A DNA stretch of 64,000 nt from Basidiobolus meristosporus CBS 931.73 (Eukaryota > Fungi > Basidiobolomycota): contig MCFE01000072.1 in the NCBI GenBank assembly GCA_002104905.1, positions 1 through 64,000 of the forward strand, given 5' to 3'. Positions 24,909-37,635 of the stretch are shown here, one piece after another. How positions within the stretch are numbered: position 1 is the first letter of the stretch; each line of letters starts with the position of its first letter. The notes under the pieces were generated by a model. The model ran no database searches, was not told the origin of the DNA, and saw nothing but the letters and a program-made list of their open reading frames with translations. The translations under genes were made by a program, and so were the position numbers.

Positions 24909-25232
24909 ATGTTGTCATTATTCAAAGCCGTTTCAGCCAGCCCCCTCCAGAGCCTTGCCCGCAATTATGCGACCAAGACCATCTTCGTCGGAAACCTCTC
25001 GAACTTCACTTCCCCGGAAGTCATCGAGGAGACTTTCAGCCAGTACGGCACAGTGACCAACGTTCGTCGTCCCAACGCACGCTTCGGTTTCGTTGAGATG
25101 GAAGAGGCTGAGGCCGAGGAAGCAGTCAAGAACCTCAACGGTTTTGTCCACTCCGAGCGCGAATGGAACGTCAAGATCGCCAGAGACTCTCCCAAAAAGG
25201 GCGGATACTCCTGGAGCGAGCAAAAAGAATAA
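24909..25232 (+). CDS. Small single-RRM RNA-binding protein with a mitochondrial presequence-like N-terminus
   Basis: RNP2 IFVGNL and RNP1 RFGFVEM. N-terminus MLSLFKAVSASPLQSLARNYA. Intronless with C-ending codon bias. Confidence 0.85.
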   Translation: MLSLFKAVSASPLQSLARNYATKTIFVGNLSNFTSPEVIEETFSQYGTVTNVRRPNARFGFVEMEEAEAEEAVKNLNGFVHSEREWNVKIARDSPKKGGYSWSEQKE

Positions 25233-25582
25233 GCCTTATATACTTAGACCAAGCTGGATACGAACAGCATTCACACATACAAATCACCTTTGCTTCATCA
25301 CTTGAAAATAAACAGCAGATTTTTCCCCTGACAAACTATCTGTGTCTGTATCTATATCTATATCAAACGCGTTACGAAATGCCTAGCATTGGTGTTCGTG
25401 ACTGGTAAACTGTGTTTACTGCAACAAAATTTTATTATGAACGATATTGGAACAGAAGATAATCAACAATTGGATTTCATCAACAGCTCGCGGTTAGAAT
25501 TTAATTAGTGGTGTGTAATGATTAGGGTTATGCATCAACCAAGGTAATGAAAATATTCACAGACTTCGCTCCTTGCTACGTC

Positions 25583-27217
25583 CTAGTTCTTCTTTTCGGC
25601 TTCGGCGCGTTGTTGCTTAAGCTCGTCATCAAGACGATCATAATGTCTGAACAGGAACCAGAACAGGGTTCCAACAATCGCACAGGCGATGGCAACCCCG
25701 CTATACATCCAAGTCAGGTATGGGTCCTGGGAAATGGGAGCCATGAAGATACCGATCAGAGCAGAGATGGCGTTGGGTAACAGGGACAATGCTGACACCA
25801 TACCCTTGAGAGAGTCGGGTGCATGGGTGTACGAGTATTCGAGAGAGGTGATACTGGCAAAAATCTCGGAGAGAGCAATGAGGAAATAGGCAGGGATTTG
25901 CCACCAGACATTCAACTTGGGCTCGTTGGCGTCTTGACGGCGGTAGATCTCGTTCTGAACCAAAGCAGAGGCCACCATGGCAAGAGCACCGAGCCAGAAT
26001 CCAAGGGTGATACGGGTCATGGGGCGTGGACTTCTGTTGATCTTGCGGAGAGCAGGGTAGACCAACATGTCCATGATGGGGATGAAGATGACAATACAGA
26101 TCGGATCAATGTTGGTGATGATATCGTTGGGAAGACCAGGAGGAAGCTTCATGACAACAGCTTGAGAGATCAAGTTGCTGGTGATCTGGTTGTACGAAAT
26201 CCAGTATACGGTCATGGGGATGAAGATCTTGCAGGCCATCAGAGTTTGCTTGATGTCGTCAACAAAACGATCATCCCATCTGCGCAGAGACCTCTCCTCC
26301 TCGGTCTCCGGGGGAATGTTAGGACAGGTAGATTTAGCAGCATCAAGAGTGGAGCTCAGCTTCTGAGTGGCTTTTCGGGCTCTCTTGCGAGCGTACATGT
26401 AGCAATGGTAGAACTTGACAATGGCGGAGTCACCAGAGGGTGGGACTTTGTTATAGAACTTGTTGCCGGACACGAAGATAATAATGGCAACGGCAAACAT
26501 CACGGTTGGGATAAGGAAGGCAAGCCAGAATCCAACATGAAGGGCGATAAGAGGGGTGATGATACCACCGATCAAGGAGCCAACGTTAATAGCCCAGTAG
26601 AACCAGTTATACAAATGTTGAGCGTTCAACTCAGGATCAATCACTACGCGTTCTCCGTTGACGACCCGGACTTCAAGTTCGGTTTGATTGTACTGATCAG
26701 CAGCCATGGGGGATACCAAAGGCTTGATACCTCCAGTACCCATACCGATGACAAATAGGGATACAATGTAGCCCGGATAACCAGCCTGGTAAAGGATCGA
26801 GGGAGCAGCAGTAATGGTCAAGATGAGCCAGCCAACCATGTAAACGATTGAGAAAATCAAGATGGATTTGTATTTGCCAAGATACTGGTCGGAAATCACC
26901 GCACCAATCAAGGGAGTCAGGTAGCAGAAGAAGGTAAAGAACTGCTTCCAGGCGGTAGAGGTAGCCTGTCCCATGTCAAGGGCACCAGCTTGCTCAGGGT
27001 CGCCAGGAGGCAGCTGGATATAGTTGGTGAAAGGGGCAGAGCCACCGTAGTAGGCGAAACGCTCGCAGAACTCGTTTACAATGATGAACCAAGCAGCGAA
27101 TGGGATTTTGCCAGCAACCCTGCGTAGTCCCTCAATGTCTCCGATGGGGCTGCTTTGAGTGACGCCTTCCTCGTAGCCAACCTCTCCGTTATTGTACTTC
27201 AAGTCCTTCTCAGACAT
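25583..27217 (-). CDS. PTR2: POT/PTR-family di/tripeptide transporter, intronless paralogue
   Basis: EFCERFAYYG (ExxERF motif), GTGGIKP, FYWAINVGS and EYSYTHAP. ATG of MSEKDLK at 27217. Confidence 0.95.
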   Translation of the reverse strand: MSEKDLKYNNGEVGYEEGVTQSSPIGDIEGLRRVAGKIPFAAWFIIVNEFCERFAYYGGSAPFTNYIQLPPGDPEQAGALDMGQATSTAWKQFFTFFCYLTPLIGAVISDQYLGKYKSILIFSIVYMVGWLILTITAAPSILYQAGYPGYIVSLFVIGMGTGGIKPLVSPMAADQYNQTELEVRVVNGERVVIDPELNAQHLYNWFYWAINVGSLIGGIITPLIALHVGFWLAFLIPTVMFAVAIIIFVSGNKFYNKVPPSGDSAIVKFYHCYMYARKRARKATQKLSSTLDAAKSTCPNIPPETEEERSLRRWDDRFVDDIKQTLMACKIFIPMTVYWISYNQITSNLISQAVVMKLPPGLPNDIITNIDPICIVIFIPIMDMLVYPALRKINRSPRPMTRITLGFWLGALAMVASALVQNEIYRRQDANEPKLNVWWQIPAYFLIALSEIFASITSLEYSYTHAPDSLKGMVSALSLLPNAISALIGIFMAPISQDPYLTWMYSGVAIACAIVGTLFWFLFRHYDRLDDELKQQRAEAEKKN

Positions 27218-29141
27218 GATGATCGGAATTATGTGTGTATGAAGATAAGATACTCTTTTCACTCCTCTCGCTGGGCTTTTAAGCATTCCCTTCATCCTGT
27301 TGCACAATGTCTGATTGGGGTAGAGCTTAACTTTAGCATGATAGCCTTCAGACCATACGTCTATTTCCGTTTAGTGTTCACATTGGAATTGGGATTTTTC
27401 CTCGCTCGTGAAACAAATCCACCAGTGGCCGTAGATAATGATCTCGGTTGAAAATATCTTTCGTGTGACCCAAGAGTTCCACGAGCCCCTCACAATAAGG
27501 AAATCGAGTCACCCACCATCGGGGCGCTTCCTACAACTCACTGCCATACTTGGCCTGGCCATTCCTGTCTTGGGAATCAGTACAGCCTGTCATGTGGTAT
27601 TGTTCAGTAAATCAGAGGGATGACTAATTTGGCATTTCGTAGAGGTGTGCTCTACCTCCCATTTCTGATACTCTCAGTGAGTGGGTGAAGGGCAACCATC
27701 GTCACAACGTTTCAGGTGCAGGGATTTTTCAGGCTTTTCCTGGTAGCAACCACTTCGGCTGCCTTGATCATCCCACATACCCTGCTCATTGGATGACTTG
27801 CCAAGCGATATGTTCATGTCTGTTTGTGCCCTTTGCTCCCAACCGTGGCACCTCAAGCGTTGGGAGATACGCAAGAAGCCCAATTATTTGATATGTTTAC
27901 TATTCAGATATGAGTGATTAGATGTGTCTTTGTGATGGTAAATCCCCATGGTAGCAAACAAGTTATGCTCTAGATAGCCTTGTACCACTTCGTGGCATTG
28001 GAAAGCATCAGATCCAACGGAGACATCAGCGTTGATTGGAGTATGTATGTATACACATTTAGTAATTTCCTGTTGGTGGGTGTAGAGATATATTTTCCAT
28101 CACCACATCGAACCCCCAGTTACACTGCCAACATGTCCAGGAATACACCGTAGGCCATTCGAAAGCAATGTCATCTGTGGGAACATGATTCAGAGTATCG
28201 GATTCATAAGGCTAAAAATCAAAGTGCAGCAATTCCCAAAAACCGTTCGATCAGGATGGTGTGTGGGTGGATTTCCCACATAGCAATTCGTATGTTGAGA
28301 AGGGATGGGGTGTTTGAGCCCAAGTCGTACATATTTACCCAGGCCCTACATTTTTTGTGTGTTGGATTCCTTTTTGTGGACCCATTTGAGACACAGAGAT
28401 ATTGGGATGAGCACGTATTGGGTGAATGGGAAATGCCGCGTTTGCTAAATGAATTACCCTTGAATCCCGCAACTATACTGTGATTGCCAAAAGGTTTGAA
28501 GCTAGTTTCAGCAAATAAACCAACAGCCACAAGGTTGCCTTGGTTCTCTCTGCGACGGAGATACAGTATTTCCGATGATCGCAGTCAATTCTGGCCACAC
28601 ATCCGAAGTGATTGGCCAGTCTCAATGAGTCATTAGCTATCAGGTTTGGAGTAGAAGTACAAGATTCCATCACAACTACCAAGAAATCATCATCGGACGA
28701 TAATCAATGCTATTCAACCCTGGGTTTTCCATATTCGATGCCCTACTACTAGCCAAAAAGGTGGCCATTAAGCTTTCGGTAGAAGGCTTCCATAATAAGC
28801 TTGCATATAAGCTTTTGCATCCACAATACCGACAAACTGAATTGACTGGGTTGTGGTGGTGCGTCATGCGTAGCAGATGACCGAGTAGATGAACATTATG
28901 TACATATGTGGCCACCCTATGGTAGATTCGAATTTCCTTGGCAACCTTAATTAATCCTGATAAGATGGGTTTCTTCGAAAATAGTCGGATTCTTATGACT
29001 AAATACTGCGAAAATTGGTCAGATTGTCATTGAGGTTGAGAAAAGCCACAAACCTACGCGGATGTTGTTTTGTGCTCTTGCATTTATAGCTTGTGATACC
29101 TCCAAAATATTTTGTCAAATTGTTAGAAAACTTATCAAGAA

Positions 29142-30587
29142 ATGAGCCATACACAAATACAAACTGTTTTCAAGGGAACTCTGATTCATACGCCTGCCAA
29201 AGATAAACTAGAGGTCCTGGAGAACCACCTCTGTGGTGAGTTTATTTCGTACTGTTGGTTATGTAGAGAGCAGCCAACTGAGTAAGCTATTTTCTTTCTA
29301 GGCGTTAATCAAGAGGGAAGAATCGAGTTTATTGAGCCGTTCAACTCTGAAAAGGGCAAGGCTTTGCTCGATGCTGCCAAGTCTGGTGAAGCAGTGCTCG
29401 TCGAGATGGACGAGACCCAGTTCCTTATCCCTGGTTTTGTTGATACTCACCATCATGCACCACAATATCCATACACCGGAACCGCTTGCGAGACCCCTCT
29501 TTTCGACTGGCTGAACAAATACGCGTTTAACTATGAATCGAAATTCAAGGAGTTGGCCTTTGCTCGCGCGGTTTACAGCCGCCAGATTCGCCGAGCCCTG
29601 AAGAATGGCACCACCACCGGACTCTACTTCTTAACTATTGACCTCAAATCCAGCGAACTCTTTGTCGAGTTATTGGAGGAATACGGGATGAGAGGATTTG
29701 TGGGGATCCCTAGTTTAGACCAACACGGCTCCGCTATATACGCCTGCGATACCGAGGATGCCATCCGCGATGTTGAGGCATTCGTGAAGTCCACACTGGA
29801 CAAGAAAAACCCCTTGGTGACACCCGTCGTGACACCCCGGTTTATTCCCACCTGTAGTAACAAATTGCTGCAGGCGCTTGGGGATATCGCGGAGCGTTAC
29901 GATCTACCAATCCAATCCCATATTTCCGAGTCGATTGCCGAGGTGGACTTTGTTCACCAACTACATGAGGGGAAAAACGATGCCGAGGTATTCAATCAAT
30001 ACAAGCTGCTGAACAACAGAACGGTTCTCGCACACGGCACTCGATTGGAAGACCCCGATCTGGATATCCTCAGAGATCGTGGAGCCGCCATCTCCCATTG
30101 CCCGCTTTCGAACAGTTACTTTGGTAACGGAGCCTTGTCTGTGAAGAGGTTATGGCGTCACGGAGTCAAATGCGGCTTAGGGACGGATATTGCCGGTGGC
30201 TACTCAATTTCTATGCTCTCTGCCATCCGACAGGCGGTAATTACCTCCCGATTCCTAGAAGTGGCCCGACTTGAAGAAGACAAGACCGCAGATACCGCCG
30301 ATAAGAACTCCCACCAACTCAACTACAAGGAGGCATTCTGGCTGGCCACCATGGGTGGCGCCGAGGCTCTCGGGATTCACCGAGATGTTGGCTCATTCGA
30401 GGTTGGCAAATCATTAGACGCCCTGTTGATTGATTTATCGAATTTCGAAGATAACCAGAGCTTGGAGAACCCGGTGGAGTTGTTCGTATACGATACCATT
30501 GAGGATGCATTCCAGAAATTCATCCATATCGGTGACGACCGTAACATCAAAGAGACATGGGTTCAAGGAAGAAAGGTGCGGATCTAG
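29142..30587 (+). CDS. GUD1: Guanine deaminase (amidohydrolase family), one intron
   Basis: PGFVDTHHHAPQY, TPRFIPTCS, QSHISE, HCPLSN, GLGTDIAGG, ATMGGA and GDDRNI. Confidence 0.93.
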
Positions 30588-30752
30588 CACTATTGTAGCT
30601 GTCCATCCCTTCAATAAATTGGATTCTTTTTGGTTTATTCTAGATTAATCGTTTTATATTACCTGATGCTGATATATAGTATGTAATAATACGGGAGCAA
30701 TGAAAGATAAAAAAGGAATCAAACACTTGGGATATTCTATACAATCATTACT

Positions 30753-33257
30753 CTACAATTCGCTCTCCTTATACTTGATAAATGCATTCAGGTTAAGATA
30801 AGCCTCATCTGCTCTTTGTCTAAGTAACTTTTGCTTGCGACGATCGACAACCTTGACCTGTGGAAACGTGTTAGTGGCTCATCCCCCATGGACACGTGTT
30901 GCGTGATAGTTACCATTTTACGGAATTCCCCGGTAGATTGCTTCAAGACGTTCAGGAAGTTTCCTTCCACAAAGACTGGTCGATCGTAGTCATATGCGAT
31001 ATCTCCATAGATATCATAGATAGCGTTCAACACCTCCACTAGTACCTCAACCGAGGTTTTGGGAATCTCTTGGATTAGGCTGATCATGAAGGTACCAATC
31101 ACCTTGTTGGCCTCAACGTATCCAGGCTTTCTTTGGGCGAGAACACCAAGGAGACCGATGGTTTTGACACGCATGGAGTCTACAGCCGTGGTGTGATAGG
31201 ATTGAATCAACGCGGCGATTTGTGCTTCGCTAACCGGCTATTAAATGCAAGGTTGAGTAAAGAAGATCCGTAAACATGAGATGGGCCATCGATGAAACTT
31301 ACAACAGCAGCTTCAGCACCACGAGCAAGAGTCCACAAACAACCGACGACTGCTTCCATAACTGAGGCACGGCTCTCTTGACCCTGTCCGACAGCCAAAC
31401 CGGAGCCAGCAGTGGTATTGGCAACCTCGAACAACCAATTCCAGCAACGATCAACATCCTGTTGGTGTTGCTTGAACCAGCCGCGGCCTGTGCTCTCCGA
31501 CATGGTGATCAGGAAATTGTTGAGGCATGAAAGCGCACGAAGGTGAAGAACTGATAGCGCATTGGTGGTGGAGGGAGAGATGGGCTGCTCGCCAGATACT
31601 TGAGGAGGGAAAGAAATTGGGGTGGGTGTGCCCAAGGGAATCAAGTAAGGAAGGGCAGCTGAGAATAGGCTGTTGTCAGACTCCTGGAAGGCTTGGGCTT
31701 CGTTGTTATGCTCATCCATAACGATATCAGCAGGAATGTCAACCACGGAGGAATCAGACATGGCATCGTCGTCATCCTCGTTGTCCCCATTGGCATCTTC
31801 CCACTGTTCTTCTTCAGGGATATCTTCGGCACTCAAATTGGCGAGCAGCTCCAGACAGAATTGCAGTGAAACGATACGCTGATCAATTGCGGCAAGTCGC
31901 TCTTCTTCGGTGGATTGATCTTTACTCAATTGGTTGAAGTCTTGAGCTTGCTCTCTAGTCTTGATAACACCGGCAAGGTCAACAGCCTCCTTGGCTGCGG
32001 ATTGGGTGTCGTATTGAAGGCAGTTGATAAGTAGAGGACCGATTGCCTTGATGATATCGGTCGAGTCGTCGGTAGGATCAGCAATCATCGGACGAAGATT
32101 GATCAAGATACCTGGTAATCCGCAAAATTGAGTGTCACAGAAGATGAATACACACGATGGGTAGTTGACTAACCAGCAGCCAAGACAGACAATTGAATAC
32201 GATCTTCGGTTGGTGGGGTGGTCACCATCTTGCCAAGAAGGCTAATATATTCATGATGGTGGCTGAAGAACTTGAATGCCTCCTTGTTGTCGTCGGTAAG
32301 CGCGTTGAGTGCTTGAGCTGATTCGGAAGCAAAATGAGTTGTTGGTCAGAGGGATAGAAAAGAAATTGCCCAAATACCGGCGGAGAGAACGGGCTTGAGT
32401 GGGAGCTTATCGGACGCAGAGATGAAAGACATCAAAAAAGGAAGGAAATTGGCTTTGTTGATAGAGTTGAAGATCTTTTCGGATGTTTCGCTGTGAATCA
32501 GGTTAGTAATTTATCACGAGCATATCCATCGAGCATGCGCAATCACCTCAAGCTCCAAATGATACAGATGATGTTATCGGAGAAGTCCCAAATGGATTTG
32601 CGTTTCTCCTTTTCTTCCTCGGTGCTTGCGGGAACATTGCCCAAAATATCATTGATGATTTGGGAAACCTATGCGTAACGGTGCTCGTTAGTGCTATGCG
32701 CCACATCTTGGAGATAATCAGCGCGCGTTACTTTGGGAACCAAGCCTTGAATAGGAGACAAGATGTTTTTGTTGAACATCTCTCCACAAACTTCGTCTCC
32801 ACCGATGCTGGCCAAGTTCCTATTCACGAACTTTAGTAACGGTGCCCACGCGAGATTTGGTTTGCTCCAAAAACGAACCTAAGTGCACCAGCAGCTTCGA
32901 CCAATACGTCGATATTATCATCGGTGAGTCTATCGATGAGCAAGCCAACCAGATTCTTCGACATCAGAAGGCGACGTGTCTTGGGGTCGGAAAGCAGCAA
33001 GTTGGAAACACCGGCAGCAGCCCAAGCGCGATCAGAAGCCTCGGGGGCCGAGAGCTATTTTTAAAGAGGGTTTAGTGAAGCGTAGGTAGGTTGCAAAGCA
33101 TCGGGTAAGGGTTTACTTTCTGAATCACGGGCAATACATCTTCAGGTCTAACCCCACCTTGCAGCTGGGATTCCTCCTTATTCACATCGGCGACCGAGGG
33201 GATTCCGGTGGGATTGGGACGTTGGCGGGAGGCTTTCTTTCTATGTACTTTACCCAT
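30753..33257 (-). CDS. SYO1: HEAT/ARM-repeat protein HEATR3/Syo1 (uL5/uL18 import chaperone), multi-exon
   Basis: Basic N-terminus MGKVHRKKASRQRPNPTG, DRAWAAAGVSNLL, VEAAGALRN, an acidic loop and VEVLNAIYDIYGD. Ends ...AFIKYKESEL at 30753. Confidence 0.85.
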
Positions 33258-33698
33258 GACGAAAGTATTGGCTCGATAGCTGGATTGTTGCTCGCCAGGA
33301 CTCTCCGAGATACTAGCATCTCCCTCGATATTCTTTTTTTTTTCAGATTTCTTTTTTGTTTCGTGTAAGGATTTTTTTGGTCTACTTTAACCACGAATTA
33401 GCCAAGATTCCCCTGTTGGTTGTTTATCCACCTCGACCATCTCACATGGCTTCAACAGTAATAGTGTATGACTAATTCAATCCATTTAGTCCTGATGATT
33501 ACGGGTTTCTAGCATATGATCTTATAAATCTTCTTCATGGAATCTAGAATGGGCTAGTCTGATGAGAATATCCGTCTCTGTCGCAGTACCATTTCTGAAA
33601 CAATGGTCAGGTGATTCATGTCGGTTATCGATCATATATGCTGGTTTCTGATGTGTGGCCGAGCTTGTTCTCGGTTCTGCTACCCTCTTGTCTCCCCA

Positions 33699-34831
33699 AT
33701 GTCTTCTCCACCAAAGCCTTGGGAAAAAGCCGCGCCCTCTTCGGTGAATCCTCAGACGGCAACTGCTGCCTTAACGAAGACCTCTGCGGGACACGTCCCA
33801 CCACCAATTCCTGCGAGACCCTCCAGTGCGAATTTCGCAACAACGGGTATAGTGTTTGCTGCTTCTTCTACTTGCAATACTCAGATCTATAACATGAACG
33901 GTTTATGCTATTAGGCTCGTATAGTGGTATGAACGGATACCAACCTGGATTCAGCACTGGTTATGGAAGTAATTTTGGAGGAGGCTATTCGGGCTACGGC
34001 TCGCGCTACGGTGGTACCTATGGCGGCTACGGAGGTCTCGGAAATTATAATGGATATGGTGCCCGTTACGGTGGTGGGTATGGGGGTGCGGGGATGGGTC
34101 CAAACGGGCCTGAAGGTGGACTCAACCTTTTCAATACGGTCGAAACTACAGTCCAGCCAACCTTTCAAGCCATCAGTAACATAGTGAATACTTTCGGGGG
34201 ATTTGCGCACATGCTGGAATCCACATTTATGGCTACCCACTCTTCTTTCATGGCCATGGTTGGAGTAATCGATCAATTCAATCTGCTCAGAACCCATCTA
34301 GGACACATCCTCGGGGTGTTCTCATTGATGCGCACCATCAAGAATTTCTTCCTCCGGATCACCGGGAAGCAAGCTCCGGTGAATCTTGGTGAACTCAACC
34401 TGGCTGACTTTAATGGTTTCCAGCAGAAGAAATCCTCGAAGCGTCCGGTTATCATCTTCTTGCTGGTTGTAATCGGGATTCCGTTCCTTATGCAACGATT
34501 GATTGTCTGGTTAGCTAAACGACAGCAAGCAAAGGGCATCCTCCCTGCTGATCAAACAAATGGGAAGCTACAATCTCTTCCCAAAGATGTCGAATTCGCT
34601 AGAGCAGTGTACGATTTTAACGGGGACAACAACGTCGAACTTAGCCTAAAGCGTGGTGATATCATTGCTATCCTCAGTAGGGTTGATTTCCAGGGGCAGC
34701 CGAGCGATTGGTGGAGAGGTAGACTTCGCAACGGTCAAGTTGGAATTTTCCCATCCAACTATGTCGAAATCTTGGAGAAGAAATCCAATGCTGATGGACC
34801 GCCCGCACCTCCTACTGCCCTTGTGGGCTAA
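33699..34831 (+). CDS. PEX13: Peroxin 13
   Basis: MSSPPKPWE, a Gly/Tyr-rich region, FGGFAHMLESTFMATHSSFMAM, a TM segment and a C-terminal SH3 (ARAVYDF...DWWRG...GIFPSNYV). Confidence 0.95.
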
Positions 34832-35226
34832 CCATGCACAACGCGTTTGTTGCTGTGATGGGAGCTGGCCCAAATCATTAGAATAATAGCCTCGCCTGAC
34901 TCCGATCATAGTATCAAGTCATGTATTAAATTCTACGACTTATCTCTTAATCGCAGGGGTACAACATACATACAAGCCTCCCTGCACACATACATTGTTA
35001 AATAGCACTGAACATTATCCACAAGATAGCCGCCCCCCTCCCCTTTACACCTATAATCGTCCAATCCTTCACCGTTGTAATAATCACAATAAAAAACACT
35101 CCCGCTACATTAATCAAGTTTATATGGATGGGTGTTGGGATAAAAATATCTCGGCGCCCCTCGACACAACTTTTCGGGAGTAAACGATTATAGAGATATG
35201 TGAAGAATATACAGTTGTAATTGGGC

Positions 35227-36765
35227 TTACGAAGCAGAGGCTAGACATGGAAAAGATTAGAAGGGATCAGAGATTAGCTGGACAGCTTCAGGCACTTACT
35301 ATAGAAGTAGATATTCTCCCAGAGGGGCATGTAATCTTGCAAAACACCTAATGAAAATGACGAGGTTAATCACCAAAAGAAGCCCGAGTATCTCCCACCT
35401 GTACGTACCCGAGAAAAGTGAGATGATTGGCTTCTTGCTGGCTGATTTGCAGAATTCCTGGATTTGCGGTCTATTGTAAGGCAATGTTAACCCTAGGCCT
35501 GCTTGGTTCCACTTGGCGAACATTCACTTACTTGGTTAACTTCTCGTAGAATGGCCCACGGAGAAGGTAGAAGATCAAAAGCCACTGGCGGCGCTTGTGC
35601 TCTTCCTGTTCTAGACTGGTGGCAGCCCTCTTTCCGCCATTTGCCTCGAGGTGGTGTTCGGTTGATTTATGGCTGGTATATTCAACTAACAGAGAGATGA
35701 TCCATGGCTTCCAGGACTGGTGTCCATACTTCTTGACCAAGAACGCTAGAATGAACCAAAGATGAGTCGAAGTAATACATCAAGCCTACTTGCATCCAAG
35801 GGTTTACCGTAAAGCACCGGTCTGATGATGAAAAGTATCTCTCCAATACTTCCCCACCCAGACAAGGTCCGAATAAGATCCAATGGCTTTCTTGCGCTTT
35901 CCACATCCAATACCTTCGAGAGGACATAGTCGGTGACCCGGAGGTTTCCCCGTTTATCTTGGACGATGGTGTTGATGGCTGGGTGATTCTGACCGGTCCT
36001 CGAGCCGGTCCAGGTGGCAGTTTTGATGGCCGGTCTATCATTCTGTATGGTGGAAGGGTCTACTTCTCTTTCTGGGTGGGGTGGGGATATAAGTGTACGG
36101 TTTCCCGACATATGCACCAAAGAGAAACGAAGCGCCGCTCTAAACAAACCAAGGTTAAAACCCATTTTCAACACCAACACTGGGATTGAGAATGGAGGCT
36201 GAGGAGTAACTGGGGCCACCAAAAGGCAAACTTACTTCAGCCCTTCGATAAACAATATCACGTTCCACTTCTTGTCTTTCCCCCATTTCTTCTGTATCCC
36301 CATTTCGATCAGCACTTCGGTGTATTGCAGAACCGTCAGCACTATGGAGGCCCGACGGTAATTGTCGGAGGAGCGATACAGGTAGCGCACATATCTGTTG
36401 AAGTTGCTGGGGCTGGGTGGCTTTTCCCCAGTTTCCTGGTAATGATTTGAAGCAGCCTTCACCAAGATTTTGTCGTGGTACAAACCCAGAAGGTTGATGA
36501 AGGCGAATACTAAATGCCAGAGGGGGTGAATAAGCGCACAGAAAACCGAGAGCAGGATATTTTGGGAACTTACAAGCCTCAGACGCAAACTCGGAGTCGT
36601 TGAATCTACCTAGAAAACAATACGAAACCTCCGGGTTAATTTAAGGTCTTTTAAATGGTGAACACATCAGATACCAGGCAATACATATGTCAGCGAGCGT
36701 AGAAAACTCTCAATCCCGCTGACCTGGGAAGCGTTCTTCAGGATGAACTCTTCGTACTTTTCCAT
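35227..36765 (-). CDS. PEX16: Peroxin 16, multi-exon
   Basis: YEEFILKNASQVSGIESFLRSLTYVLPG, TEVLIEM, GEILFIIRPVLY, SWKPWIISL and YLLRGPFYE. Ends YMPLWENIYFYTSAS. Confidence 0.9.
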
Positions 36766-37635
36766 GAGAAGCAAACAGAGGTATTTTAGGGGGGGGGAGT
36801 GGAGGAGAACACTTGTTAGGCTAGTTACAAGGTGCAAGGGCGATATGATGGGTGTTGCACTTGGATCTAACATCAATCATCTGGAATACAATCACGAATC
36901 TTACGGTCCAGAATCACATGATAATCTGATGGTACCTCTCCGATTCCTGAACCGCACAAATCCGCTTATTCATGATGATTCCCAATGTGGCCCGGGATGT
37001 TTCTTATTTGTCATGGATATTTGCAGTCACCACATTCGCAGAAGCTGGTAAATATGTTCAGCGACTGATTATCCGTATCCCACATCACGCACTCATCAGA
37101 GATTGGACGTTTATGCACTTAAACTAAGTACAGGGGTCTTTTGTACTCTGACTCTGGCATTGAAGGTGAGATAGATTCCCCAGACCTCTACCAAAAATCA
37201 GCGGGCGCAGCCGGTTCAAGTATTGATTTATTGGGCATTCACTTTGCATGTACGTTGTATGCTGTATGCTTGCAACTGGGTACCATGAGCAGTTCCACTT
37301 TTGGGAGAAATCTGCGAGATTAAATAGTGCAGTGTATGGAATAGGGTCATAAAAGGCTTTCGAAGTTGTCCAAAAGCCTTAATCTTATCGATACCACAAC
37401 TGTTTTGAGGGGTTTACAAAATTCCATGCAGTTTTCAAGTCTGGTATTGGAAAATCCAAATGATTGTTTAGACCTGATATTTGATCTGTTGGAGTTACTT
37501 GCATGTTTACGGAATGAATATCATGGAAAATAAAAATACACTGCTAAATCCACCCAAAATTCAAGTCATTTTGCAAGGTCATGAACCTGTAATAAAAAGC
37601 ATCAGATATGAAGTTATTAATTGTACCCATTGTAG

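Noticed and set aside
27900-28930. Broken ORFs with faint Helitron-like or gypsy-integrase-like words (YWDEH, FWPHIRSD)
   Set aside because: Motifs are too short and not colinear, and the region keeps CpGs unlike the true TE relics here.
36973-37070. TGATGA...CATTCGCAG...CTGA resembling U14 snoRNA
   Set aside because: The domain A-like 9-mer is too far from box C, domain B (TCCTTGGATGTCTGA) is missing, and a 9-mer match is expected by chance.
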